Assembly: GCA_965197965.1 (NCBI GenBank)
Contig: OZ240235.1
Location: forward strand, 549,820 to 613,819
Origin: Dehalococcoidia bacterium
GTDB taxonomy: Bacteria; Chloroflexota; Dehalococcoidia; Lucifugimonadales; QGNO01
Reading direction: 5' to 3'
Length of the DNA: 64,000 nucleotides
Both the position numbers and the translations under genes were made by a program. The notes under the pieces were generated by a model. That model was given only the letters and a program-made list of their open reading frames with translations. It searched no databases and was not told the DNA's origin. Numbering within the stretch: the stretch's first letter is position 1; every line of letters starts with the position of its first letter. Positions 10,864 to 19,768 of the stretch are shown one piece after another.

Positions 10864-11595
10864 ATGAAGATTCTGGGCGACAAAGTAATTAACAGAACCG
10901 AAAACTGGAAGACGGTCAAGCATTTCTATGGACTAAAAGGAGAGGCCAAGGCCCGTCTCACTGGGAGCTTACTGGCGCATCACCTTGGAACCGATTCCGG
11001 GCAAATACCCGTTGATTCCGACGATGTAGAGATTGGACTTTTCTGGTATGGAATGCGCGATTACGTGCATCAGGACGACAGACAGACTAAAAAATTGAAG
11101 GCAGTTTTCGCGAACATCTATAATCTCTTATTCTCTAATTTGCGGAATGATTTGAAGGTATTTCGCCAAAAACTCCCCTACAGATTCCCGGAAATGAGAC
11201 CCTATCACTATGCTCTGCCTGACCCGACATACGAGTCTAAGTTTTACAACAACCTTACAAGTACTGAAGTAGATGTTGTCTTGGAAACTTCTGATTACCT
11301 CTTGATTGGAGAATGTAAACACGAAAGCGATCTTGGTGTGAATCCTGACTACATACTCGTGCATCAGGTTATTCGCCAGTATGTCATGGCAAGAATTCTC
11401 GTTAATCATATTTCAGCATCATCTAATGTTAAGGAAAAGAAGGTTGTTCCGTTTATTGTTGGAGATAAAGATAAGCTTCCGAGCATTAGAAACAGCACGC
11501 AAATCAAATTCATGACGGAAAGCGAGATGCCCTCGATGAGCAAGAAAAACGTGCTCACATGGAACTGCATAGAGAAACTAGCTGGCGGACCTTAA
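10864..11595 (+). CDS. Hypothetical protein with a PD-(D/E)xK-like motif, in a low-GC insertion
   Basis: The ATG at 10864 is preceded by AGGAGG 5 nt upstream. The ~243-aa product contains EVDVVLETSDYLLIGECKHESD (a D...ExK arrangement). The stretch is visibly AT-rich compared with both flanks. I recognise no family. Confidence 0.5.
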   Translation: MKILGDKVINRTENWKTVKHFYGLKGEAKARLTGSLLAHHLGTDSGQIPVDSDDVEIGLFWYGMRDYVHQDDRQTKKLKAVFANIYNLLFSNLRNDLKVFRQKLPYRFPEMRPYHYALPDPTYESKFYNNLTSTEVDVVLETSDYLLIGECKHESDLGVNPDYILVHQVIRQYVMARILVNHISASSNVKEKKVVPFIVGDKDKLPSIRNSTQIKFMTESEMPSMSKKNVLTWNCIEKLAGGP

Positions 11596-11721
11596 CCGGC
11601 AGTGGGGTCTCACCCCACCGTCCAGATACTCATGGATAACATGCTGACCCACGGATTCAGCCACCTAGGCGAGATGTGGCTCCTCCGTGGGATGCAGGGA
11701 ATGACTGGGACGCCCGTGTAA
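11596..11721 (+). pseudogene. C-terminal remnant of a DinB/YfiT-like protein
   Basis: The frame opening directly at the TAA of the preceding ORF reads PAVGSHPTVQILMDNMLTHGFSHLGEMWLLRGMQGMTGTPV*. The H..H.GE...LRG pattern resembles DinB-family C-termini. No N-terminal part is present. Confidence 0.35.
11602..11618 (+). terminator. GC-rich hairpin just after the low-GC ORF
   Basis: GTGGGGT-ctc-ACCCCAC forms a 7-bp stem 7 nt after the TAA. There is no T-tract, so terminator function is uncertain. Confidence 0.25.
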
Positions 11722-11766
11722 CCCAGCAGTCGCGCACCCGTGCTGAGTTGCTGGTCCGGGTCGCCA

Positions 11767-12165
11767 TCACTCCCTGGCATCCAGCCGGTTGAGGCTGCCG
11801 CTCCATCCCAGGATGCGGTCATCCGCAGTCAGCAACCGGTGTCCGCCCAAGGCCGTCGCCACTATGATGCGGTCGGCGGGGTCTGCGTGTAAGTCGGGCA
11901 AAGCGCTGGCTCGGATTGCAATATCGCCATCGACTGGGATCTCCGCTACTCCTTGGCCGAGCAATTCTCGACGCCACAGCCCTACGTCCTCCGGGAAGTC
12001 CAAGCGGCTCTTGGCCCTAAGCATGGCAACCTCCCAGAACGTCATAGCAGACACGGCGAGTTCCCGGTCGCGGAGAGCATCATCAAGCGTCCGTCTTGCG
12101 CCTGTTCCCAAGCGAGATTCACCGGTCCACAGCCAGACAAGCGTATGGGTGTCCGCTAGAATCAC
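11767..12165 (-). CDS. vapC: Type II toxin, PIN-domain VapC family
   Basis: 132 aa. MILADTHTLVWLWTG...MTFWEVAMLRAK...DPADRIIVATAL...LLTADDRIL carries the conserved PIN acidic residues. A 4-nt ATGA-type overlap links it to the upstream antitoxin gene. Confidence 0.85.
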   Translation of the reverse strand: MILADTHTLVWLWTGESRLGTGARRTLDDALRDRELAVSAMTFWEVAMLRAKSRLDFPEDVGLWRRELLGQGVAEIPVDGDIAIRASALPDLHADPADRIIVATALGGHRLLTADDRILGWSGSLNRLDARE

Positions 12166-12446
12166 GGATTCAACACCCGGTCAGGGTCGACCTCCGCTTC
12201 CCACTCGACGTCAATGGGACTGATGATATCGCCGACTATCTTCATCCGGCTGCGACCCGCGCCAAAGAGAGACTTGGGCCGTTCTCGGTAAGGCACCAGG
12301 CGGGAGACCGGCTTCCCGTTCTTGGTGATGACAATCTCGCCCCCGCCTTTGGCCACCTCGTCCATAAGCTGAAGGCACTTGGACTTGAACTCCGACGCCT
12401 TCATAGTCCGCGTGCCGATGGGTGTGTCGTTGTTTGCATCCGCCAC
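12162..12446 (-). CDS. Type II antitoxin, Phd/YefM family
   Basis: 94 aa. MKASEFKSKCLQLMDEVAKGGGEIVITKNGKPVSRLVPY is a typical Phd/YefM N-domain. The GTG start at 12446 has GGAGGA 6 nt upstream. Confidence 0.8.
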   Translation of the reverse strand: MADANNDTPIGTRTMKASEFKSKCLQLMDEVAKGGGEIVITKNGKPVSRLVPYRERPKSLFGAGRSRMKIVGDIISPIDVEWEAEVDPDRVLNP

Positions 12447-12527
12447 GCCGTTCCTCCAGACCTAGTCTGCTTCTATAATACCATAGTCACGACCATGGTC
12501 ACATGCACCCAGCCCGGCGCAGCTAAA

Positions 12528-14264
12528 TCAACGGCGCCACTCGGCAATGTTCCACAGCTCGCTGTCCCAGCCATTGATTCGAACGCCCCTCAGGGTGTCC
12601 AGGTGGGCCGAAACGATGCCCCGGTTAACCAGAGGAATCTCGTAGTAGCCCTGTACCAGCATGTCGTTCATGCTCTTGACAAGCTCGGTGCGGTCGGGGC
12701 CGATGGGGGTATGGGAAAGCTCCTCGACCAGCCCATCGAAATCAGGATCGCAGGACCGTGCGACGTTGCTTCCGCCCCAGTTGCTGTCCGCGTCCGGTAT
12801 CTCGTCGCAGGTCAAGCCAACAAGATACTGCTGAGGGTCGATGTCCGGACCGGTGGCGTACATCTGAATATCGGCGAAAAAGCGGACGTAAACCTGCTCC
12901 TTGTCGTCCACAGGGTCGCCGCCGAAGAAAACCGCAGCGTCGTGGTGGATGATCTCGGTCCCGATGCCGATTTGCGCCCACCAGTCTTTGACGAGGGCCT
13001 GTGTCTCCTGCCGAATATCGTTCGTGGATGTTTGGTAAGTGAGTCGGAGAGGGACACCGTTGTATTCGCGGACGCTGTCTCCGTCGGTGTCGATCACACC
13101 GTTATTGTCGAGCAGCTTGTTGGCGCCGTCGATGTCCTGGGTGAGACAGCCATCGTTGGCAGTGGAGACGTAAGCCGGGGGCCCAACGATGAGATTACAC
13201 GTGGGCTCACCGGCAAACCCGTATAGACGCTCCGAAATCAGGCCGCGGTCGATGGACATGGACATGGCCTGGGCTATGGGTGTGAAGGCGAGAAGCGGGT
13301 GGGGATTTGTACCGCCCAGGTACTCTGAGCGGTCATCTCCAAGACCAGGGTCGGGGTTGGTCTGGTTCAAGACTATACGTTCCACCAAGCTGGAGAACGC
13401 GGCTATCACCTTTCCTTTGCCCATCGCTTCCATGTTGGCCAAGTCCGTGGGGTCTATCTGGAGATTCCAGGCGTAGTCGGTGTTGCCGTGCTCCAAGACC
13501 GTCTGGGCTGCGGACAAGGCTTCGCCGCCACCCTGGAGGACAACGCGCCTGAAGTAGGGTATCTCGCCGTAATAGTGAGGATTGCGCTTGTAGACGGCCT
13601 TCTCATCGGGCACGAACTCCACTATTCGGTACGGCCCCGGCCCAAGGGGAGCATGGTTCTCTTCCTCGCAACCTGCAGCAGCCGCGCCGATGCAATCGCC
13701 GAACTGGGCCTGGCTGAGAATGGGGACTCCCGTGCCAACGAAGGCGCTGTAGGGGTAGGGTGTGGGGGCGTGAAAGGTGACTTTCACGGTCAGGTCATCC
13801 AAAGCCTCTACAGCTGTTACGTCAGCGAACGCACTGCTGGCGGTGCATCCTGTGGCTTCATCTACGCAGTATTGCCAGGTGAACACAACGTCATCGGCGG
13901 TGAGGCCGCTGCCGTCAGACCACTTGAGATTGTCCCTGAGCCTCCACGTGATGGAAGTCAGATCAGAGGAGATGCCCTCATTCTGCAGAGTGGGAATTTC
14001 GGCGGCAAGCGCCGGGACCAGAGCGCCGTCTGGATCGTACTTGGCCAACGGTTCCAGGGTGATGGCTCCCGCGTCTCGATCTTTGAATCCACCGGAAAGA
14101 TAGGGATTGGGAATGGAGGGAGCTTGCCAGTAGACCAGGGTTAGCGTCCTATCGTCGTCGGACGCAGGGTTGGAGAGAACGGCAACTACTAAGGTGACTA
14201 CGACAGCGGCGGTCAGGAAAAAGGCGAGTCCGCCAAGGATTACGGTGCGATTCATTGTTTGCAT
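12528..14264 (-). CDS. ABC transporter substrate-binding protein, family 5 (peptide/nickel/opine type)
   Basis: 578 aa with an N-terminal membrane/signal segment. LKWSDGSGLTADDVVFTW and the overall length fit SBP_bac_5. No cognate permease genes are adjacent. Confidence 0.8.
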   Translation of the reverse strand: MQTMNRTVILGGLAFFLTAAVVVTLVVAVLSNPASDDDRTLTLVYWQAPSIPNPYLSGGFKDRDAGAITLEPLAKYDPDGALVPALAAEIPTLQNEGISSDLTSITWRLRDNLKWSDGSGLTADDVVFTWQYCVDEATGCTASSAFADVTAVEALDDLTVKVTFHAPTPYPYSAFVGTGVPILSQAQFGDCIGAAAAGCEEENHAPLGPGPYRIVEFVPDEKAVYKRNPHYYGEIPYFRRVVLQGGGEALSAAQTVLEHGNTDYAWNLQIDPTDLANMEAMGKGKVIAAFSSLVERIVLNQTNPDPGLGDDRSEYLGGTNPHPLLAFTPIAQAMSMSIDRGLISERLYGFAGEPTCNLIVGPPAYVSTANDGCLTQDIDGANKLLDNNGVIDTDGDSVREYNGVPLRLTYQTSTNDIRQETQALVKDWWAQIGIGTEIIHHDAAVFFGGDPVDDKEQVYVRFFADIQMYATGPDIDPQQYLVGLTCDEIPDADSNWGGSNVARSCDPDFDGLVEELSHTPIGPDRTELVKSMNDMLVQGYYEIPLVNRGIVSAHLDTLRGVRINGWDSELWNIAEWRR

Positions 14265-14537
14265 ACGGTGTCCTTTTCCAAGCTAGAGTTATCTCACCTA
14301 TGACCGGCAAGGACGGCTTGCGGTCAGGTCTACGTGTACCATTATACCTGCCTTCTGCAATTCCATTCGTGGTGCCTCCAGCGCCGTGGAATAGACTACG
14401 GCCTGAGACACCCATTACCGTGCCCACGGCTTTGTGCTAAACTTAATATGTAGGCTTCCAGCCGTAGGCCCGGGGCCAGAAATCGCTTACAACAACCTAT
14501 AGAAGCTCTCTTTTTCCGCCTCAGGAGGGTACGACGC

Positions 14538-15707
14538 TTGCTCCGCAGTCTGGCGCGCCGGAAGCTACGAACCTCGCTTACCGTCCTCGGCATTGCTGTA
14601 GGCATTTGGACGCTCATAGTCATGAGCGCCATGGCCAACAAACTCACCGCCATAGTGGATGTTGGCTCCACCTATTTCGACAACAAGATCATGGTAAGTG
14701 ATGTGACGAATCCCGCTTTTGGTTTCGGCCTGACCCCCATGTCCGCCAGTGTGGTTGACCAAATTGCCCAAATCCAGGGAGTGGCGGTCGCAGCGCCGCG
14801 GGCACAGTTCCTCCTTGACCCTGATGACAGTGGTTCCGGCTTTGTCTCACCGGATTTTGTCGTCGCTTACAGGGCTGGCTTTGACCAAGGTTACGAGACA
14901 TTTCGGACAGAGATCTCCCAGGGGCGGCAGACCACGCTGGAGGATGAGGGGCAGCGAGTAGTTGTTCTGGGCGCGGACATAGCCAGAAAGTTTGACGTCA
15001 ACCCCAGCGACACCTTTGACATAAGAGGCGTCCCATTTGAAGTCATCGGGGTGATGGAGCCGACGTTGACGTTCTTTGACACGACCGCAATCATTCCTTG
15101 GACCGCCGGGCAGGAGATGCTGACCCGTGACAGAGCTGTTCCATCGGACGTGGACCCAACCGACCAAGAGCTGACGTCGATGGTGCTCGTGTACCCAGAA
15201 GCAGGAGCTGACACAGACTCCCTGATTCAGGCCATTGAAACGAGCTTCCCCGGATTGCGAGCAGCTTCCGGTGAAGACTTTGATGAGCAATTTGGGTCTA
15301 CCATCGCCATCTTCAACGCTATCATCCTGAGTGTGGCGCTGATCAGCGTAGTGGTTGGAGGTCTTTCCGTGATCAACACCATGACGATAAGCGTTGCGGA
15401 GCGCACCCGGGAGATCGGCATCAAGCGGGCGATCGGAGCGACGCGGCAAAGGATCATGCGAGAACTGGTTTGGGAATCCGGAGTCATGGGCTTTGTTGGT
15501 GGATTGGCCGGGCTGGGCCTTGCCGGCCTTGTAATCTACTTCTCCAACGACGCTGGTCAGGTCTCCGGTATCATACTGTTCCGGTTGACTCCATGGATTG
15601 CGGGCCTGGGCGTGACTTTCTCGACAATCCTGGGAGCGCTAGCCGGTGTGCTTCCCGCCTGGAAGGCAGCCCGAATGGACCCCGTGGAAGCGCTGAGGTA
15701 CAGCTAG
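14538..15707 (+). CDS. ABC transporter permease, FtsX/MacB-like
   Basis: 389 aa. It has an N-terminal TM segment, a large periplasmic loop and a C-terminal FtsX-type 3-TM bundle (ERTREIGIKRAIGATRQRI). Confidence 0.85.
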   Translation: MLRSLARRKLRTSLTVLGIAVGIWTLIVMSAMANKLTAIVDVGSTYFDNKIMVSDVTNPAFGFGLTPMSASVVDQIAQIQGVAVAAPRAQFLLDPDDSGSGFVSPDFVVAYRAGFDQGYETFRTEISQGRQTTLEDEGQRVVVLGADIARKFDVNPSDTFDIRGVPFEVIGVMEPTLTFFDTTAIIPWTAGQEMLTRDRAVPSDVDPTDQELTSMVLVYPEAGADTDSLIQAIETSFPGLRAASGEDFDEQFGSTIAIFNAIILSVALISVVVGGLSVINTMTISVAERTREIGIKRAIGATRQRIMRELVWESGVMGFVGGLAGLGLAGLVIYFSNDAGQVSGIILFRLTPWIAGLGVTFSTILGALAGVLPAWKAARMDPVEALRYS

Positions 15708-15714
15708 GAACGCT

Positions 15715-16410
15715 ATGGCCTTTTTGGAAGCGCACAACCTCCACAAGACCTACCGGCTAAACCGCAACAATGTCGTGCGCGCTCTTCGCGGCGTTGACAT
15801 CTCAGTGGAGGTCGGCGAGATGGTGGGTATCATGGGACCATCCGGCTGTGGCAAGAGCACGCTGATGCACATCCTGGGTCTGCTGCATTCGGCTGACCTG
15901 AGAACGAGTCCGCCGCCGACCCTGGTCATCGGCGACAACGACGTCACAGGGCTGAGTGACCGCGAGCGCACTCAAATGCGCGCGAAACAGATGGGCTTTG
16001 TGTTTCAAACGTTCAACCTGGTGCCAACCCTGACGGCACTGGAAAACGTCGCGCTTCCCGCCGAGTACGCGGGCTGGCGCCGGCGTGAGGCCAGGGCCAC
16101 AGCGGCGGAATCTCTGAAGTTAGTGGGCTTAGAGGAACGCTCGGCGCACAAGCCTACGGAGCTATCCGGTGGACAACAGCAGCGAGTCGCCATAGCGCGG
16201 GCTCTGGTCACGGAGCCAGCCCTACTGCTGGCGGACGAACCTACCGGGAACCTCGATTCGGAAAACACGGAAGAGGTCATGGCTCTCCTCCAACGGTTCA
16301 ACCGGGAGCTTGGGCAGACGATTGTCCTGGTGACACACGACACGAGAGTGAGCGAGGTGTGCAGTCGCGTGCTGACCATGTCCGACGGCGTGATTACGAA
16401 CGTGAGCTAA
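15715..16410 (+). CDS. ABC transporter ATP-binding protein (MacB/LolD-like)
   Basis: 231 aa. Walker A is GPSGCGKST, the signature is LSGGQQQRVAIARAL and Walker B is LLLADEPT. Confidence 0.9.
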   Translation: MAFLEAHNLHKTYRLNRNNVVRALRGVDISVEVGEMVGIMGPSGCGKSTLMHILGLLHSADLRTSPPPTLVIGDNDVTGLSDRERTQMRAKQMGFVFQTFNLVPTLTALENVALPAEYAGWRRREARATAAESLKLVGLEERSAHKPTELSGGQQQRVAIARALVTEPALLLADEPTGNLDSENTEEVMALLQRFNRELGQTIVLVTHDTRVSEVCSRVLTMSDGVITNVS

Positions 16411-16430
16411 CAACCACTTGGAGCCTCGGG

Positions 16431-17978
16431 TCAGGGTTCCGTGTACAACTCAGTATCCGGATGGAACTGGAACCACGCGAACCAGAACGACATGTGCGTG
16501 GGTATCCGCGCCAGCTTCTCCGACCCGTCTGTCGTGTTGACTAGAAACTCCTCGGTCACCTCCCATGTCCCGCCCGCGTCGTCCACTATCACGGACGGTA
16601 TGCCGGAGCCGCCGCCGTCCGGCGCCAGCCTGAACGACCTGCCTCCGCGGTAGTACGCCCTCGCGCCCTCGCTTCCAGCCGACCCCAGCACCAATATCTC
16701 CTCTCCTCCCACCACGTCGTTGACTATGCGGCTCCTCCGCAGCGCATCGGAGGAGTAAGCCTTGTAGCTCTCGTTCAGCTGTACCCCTAGCACTATGTCC
16801 TTTGTTTCAAGCCGTTCATCCCGTTGTGGGACTGGAAACATCGTCTCAGGCGAATTGAAGTATCTGTAGTAGATCGCCTGGGGATTCTCCTCGGGCACGT
16901 AGAATTCGGCGGGATACAGTCCCGTCTCCTGAGCCAGCACCGTAGTATCGGGATGAAGCTCCAGCCACTCCTGCCACGTCGTGAGCATAACAGGGAAGAA
17001 GTCCAGCTTTATCCCAGAGTCCCATAATGGCCCTATGATCGGCTCCATGGTGAGATGGTTCCACAGCGAGTTGGTCAGCCGGTCGTACATGACCTTGTTG
17101 CTGCGATACAGCATCCCCGACGTGCCGAAAGTGGTTGGCTCTCCGTTGATCCTGGCGGAATACACTATTCCGCTGCCGCAGAGCGTTCAGTAAGCCAGGG
17201 CAATCGGTTCGCCCCCCAACACGTCATTGGCCATTTCGTGGGCGTTCACAATGCGCAGCGGGTACGCCCTGTGCTCTCCGTTGATGGACACGCCAAAGAC
17301 CCGATCGGTAGGCAGCAAATAGTCCTGCTCCCCCGCCGAAACGACCGGGGCGTTTTGAAGATCCGGGATCCCGTCTGGCCGGACTCCTCCCCACGCGATT
17401 TCAAATACGTTTATTCGCGAGCCTTGCGCTGCCGGCTCCAGAAACTCGGCGAACCTGGGGTCAATCAGGCTCATGATCTCGCTCTTCCACCGCACGTACC
17501 CATCGGGCGGATGGTACTCGTCGGCGTTGTTGCCTAACCACTCCATCCACTCATTCCAGGCGCGGTAGCCACCCCTCAACTCCTGCCCCGTTATCGCCGA
17601 GATGCCACCGTTGAGCTCCTCTATTATGTCATCGTCCCCAAAGAAGAAGCGGAGCGTCTCTATCATTACTGGGACCATCGACTTATCTTTATGGAAGATG
17701 GCGAGTGCGATGGCCTCGTGCGTATCAAAGAGATCGTAGTCCCGGTCCGAGAAGAGCCGGAACATGTTCTCGGTGGAGTCGTAGCCCGCCGCAGGAGTCG
17801 GCGCAGCCGTCGTCGGGGTCTGGGTAGGTGAAGCCGTCGATGTCTCCTCGGCCGGCACGGTGGGCTCTTCCGTACCGGAGCAGGCAACAGCAGCAGCCGC
17901 CATAAACCCGGCCAACAGCAGTCCGAAATAAGGCAAGAGCCTGCTCAAAGTTTTCTTTCCTGGGACGTTTCGATTCAA
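16431..17978 (-). CDS. DUF3179 domain protein with in-frame UGA (candidate selenocysteine) at the first Cys of the family CxxC motif
   Basis: Track ORFs 17187..18128 and 16431..17165 are in frame. The junction reads ...NDVLGGEPIALAY-U(TGA 17189-17187)-TLCGSGIVYSARINGEPTTFGTSGMLYRSNKVMYDRLTNSLW, and the C-terminus reads FWFAWFQFHPDT. DUF3179 proteins have YCPLC(N/G)SG at this place. The open frame extends to 18128 but overlaps the divergent methyltransferase. A TTG at 17978 precedes a signal/lipoprotein-like segment (LLLAGFMAAAAVAC), so the true start is uncertain. Confidence 0.7.
17155..17173 (-). promoter_or_regulatory. Candidate bacterial SECIS hairpin for the DUF3179 UGA
   Basis: The mRNA reads UGA-ACGCUCUGCGGCA-GCGGAAUA-GUG-UAUUCCGC. 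This is a perfect 8-bp stem with a GUG apical loop, starting 13 nt 3' of the UGA. Confidence 0.55.
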
Positions 17979-18064
17979 CCTAGTAGTTGTAACTCTAATT
18001 ATATTGCATGCGACCCTATTATCCACCTCTACCGGTTCCGCTTTCGTAGTATCATGGATTGGAC

Positions 18065-18688
18065 ATGCCGAAGAACCCCAAGACGCTAGTCGAGGAAGGC
18101 TACGACCAAGTAGCCGAGGCCTACTCACGCCTTGAAGGCGACAATGAGTGGCCCAGGATGAAATGGCTGGGTAAGGTCCTAGCCAGACTGGACCCTGGGA
18201 GCGCCGTTCTTGACCTGGGCTGTGGATCCGGCGACCCGGCGGACATTGAGATCGCCAGGCTTCACCGGATTACCGGTGTGGACATATCCAACGTTCAAGT
18301 AGAACTGGCGCGTCGGAATGTTCCCCAAGGGAACTTCATCCACAGAGACCTCGGGGCGCTGGATTTCCCCGAAAGGTCTTTCGATGCCGTGGTCTCCTTC
18401 TATACGCTGGAGCACCTTCCCCGGGAGCAGCATGGCGAAATACTCAAGCGCATCCACGGCTGGCTGCAACCGGGGGGACTGCTGCTGTTTAGCCACGAAG
18501 CTGGCGACATGAACGATGTAACCGGTCAGTGGCTTGGCGTTCCCATGTTCCTCAGCGTATTTGATCCCGAGACGATGCGAAAACTTGTCCAGGACTCCGG
18601 TTTCCAGCTTGTTGAGACGGGGATCGAAAGCCAGTTGGAGCAAGGTCGAGAAGTACCCTACCTTTGGATATTAGCCCAGAGACGGTGA
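18065..18688 (+). CDS. Class I SAM-dependent methyltransferase
   Basis: About 207 aa. Motif I is VLDLGCGSGDP and the post-I acidic residue is in GVDIS. The track ORF starts at TTG 18059; ATG 18065 is more likely. Confidence 0.85.
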   Translation: MPKNPKTLVEEGYDQVAEAYSRLEGDNEWPRMKWLGKVLARLDPGSAVLDLGCGSGDPADIEIARLHRITGVDISNVQVELARRNVPQGNFIHRDLGALDFPERSFDAVVSFYTLEHLPREQHGEILKRIHGWLQPGGLLLFSHEAGDMNDVTGQWLGVPMFLSVFDPETMRKLVQDSGFQLVETGIESQLEQGREVPYLWILAQRR

Positions 18689-18709
18689 CATCGATCGAGA
18701 GGAATAACT

Positions 18710-19270
18710 TTGCGATACATTAGCAGGAATGAGTGGTTCTTCTACGGATTCATTGCCGCCGCCGTGCTGGCGTTATCGCTGCCCCTGTTCCCCTACCGGT
18801 GGCACACCTTCCTGCATATCGCTGGCGCGGTGGTTTTCCTTGGAAACATCATAGTCACCGCTGCATGGATGTTCATGGCGGAGCGAACGCATAGCGCCAA
18901 TGTCATACACTTCTCCGCCAAGGCAGTTATCCGTGCCGACCTCCTCTTCACCCTACCTGGTGTGCTCCTGGTACTGTTGAACGGGCTTGTCATGGTGTTT
19001 GACCGCTGGGGTGGCTGGAGCGCGCTTCACCAGTTGTCCTGGATCAGTGTCGCTCTGGCCCTGTTCACTGCATCCGGCGTGATATGGGTGGGAATACTTA
19101 TCCCTGTCCAGCATCGCATGGCTGTCTTCTCAAACCCGGCGGACTACCCCAACTCTCTGCCTCAGCAATTCTCCTCGGCCCTCCGCAGGTGGTACTTCTG
19201 GGGTGCGATTGCAATTGCCTTGCCCATCTGCTCGCTCTACCTGATGGTCAACAAACCAGCCTTAGGCTAG
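18710..19270 (+). CDS. Integral membrane protein (DUF2269-like)
   Basis: 186 aa with four to five hydrophobic helices, including FLHIAGAVVFLGNIIVTAAW. The family assignment is from memory only. Confidence 0.5.
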   Translation: MRYISRNEWFFYGFIAAAVLALSLPLFPYRWHTFLHIAGAVVFLGNIIVTAAWMFMAERTHSANVIHFSAKAVIRADLLFTLPGVLLVLLNGLVMVFDRWGGWSALHQLSWISVALALFTASGVIWVGILIPVQHRMAVFSNPADYPNSLPQQFSSALRRWYFWGAIAIALPICSLYLMVNKPALG

Positions 19271-19628
19271 GGTTGGGGGAACGCCGTACTCTCGGATCGA
19301 ACGTCCAACGTTCCGCGCCCGTCTCGGCGTCGAGCGCCGCTACCCGCGTGTACATCGTGGAGAGGTAGAGGATACCATCGACCATGATGGGAGTCGACTG
19401 GAATGGACCCGGCTGCGTGCCGTACTCTTCGAGAGGCGTCTCGTTCGGCTCCCACTTCCAGACAATCTCCAGTTCGCCGACGTTGGCGGCCGTGATTTCC
19501 TCGGCCTCCGAGTACTTGCTATGTGCCTGGTCGGAACCGACGGACGGCCAGCCGGTTGTTGGGTCAGGCTCTGGGCCGCATGCGACTGCGGCCGATATCA
19601 GGACTGTTGTGACAACAAGGCTCTTCAT
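19248..19628 (-). pseudogene. N-terminal fragment of a PQQ-dependent (quinoprotein) dehydrogenase
   Basis: 126 aa with a lipoprotein-like signal (ISAAVACG). ANVGELEIVWKWEP...PFQSTPIMVDGILYLSTMYTRVAALDAETGAERWTFDP matches the first propeller blades of quinoprotein dehydrogenases. These are normally 550 aa or more, and the rest is missing. The 3' end overlaps the convergent membrane-protein gene. Confidence 0.6.
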
Positions 19629-19768
19629 GAACTGGACTCCGATTGGGAATGACCGACCGCGAGCAGGTCATACTGGCTTGCCGGCGTGCGATCGACGGGG
19701 AAAGCTTGGTGCAGTTCCGCGCGGCTTCTGGGTCTTCGCCTTCGTCCCCAACAGCTACAGAAAGGCGC

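Noticed and set aside
8059-14144. Other sizeable opposite-strand ORFs: 8059..9039(+), 12096..13226(+), 13488..14144(+), 20630..21832(+), 24166..24789(-) and 14847..15449(-).
   Set aside because: Each overlaps a confidently assigned gene on the other strand (the GrdB-like gene, the ABC binding protein, the CoA-transferase, the MATE exporter and the ABC permease), and none has a recognisable motif.
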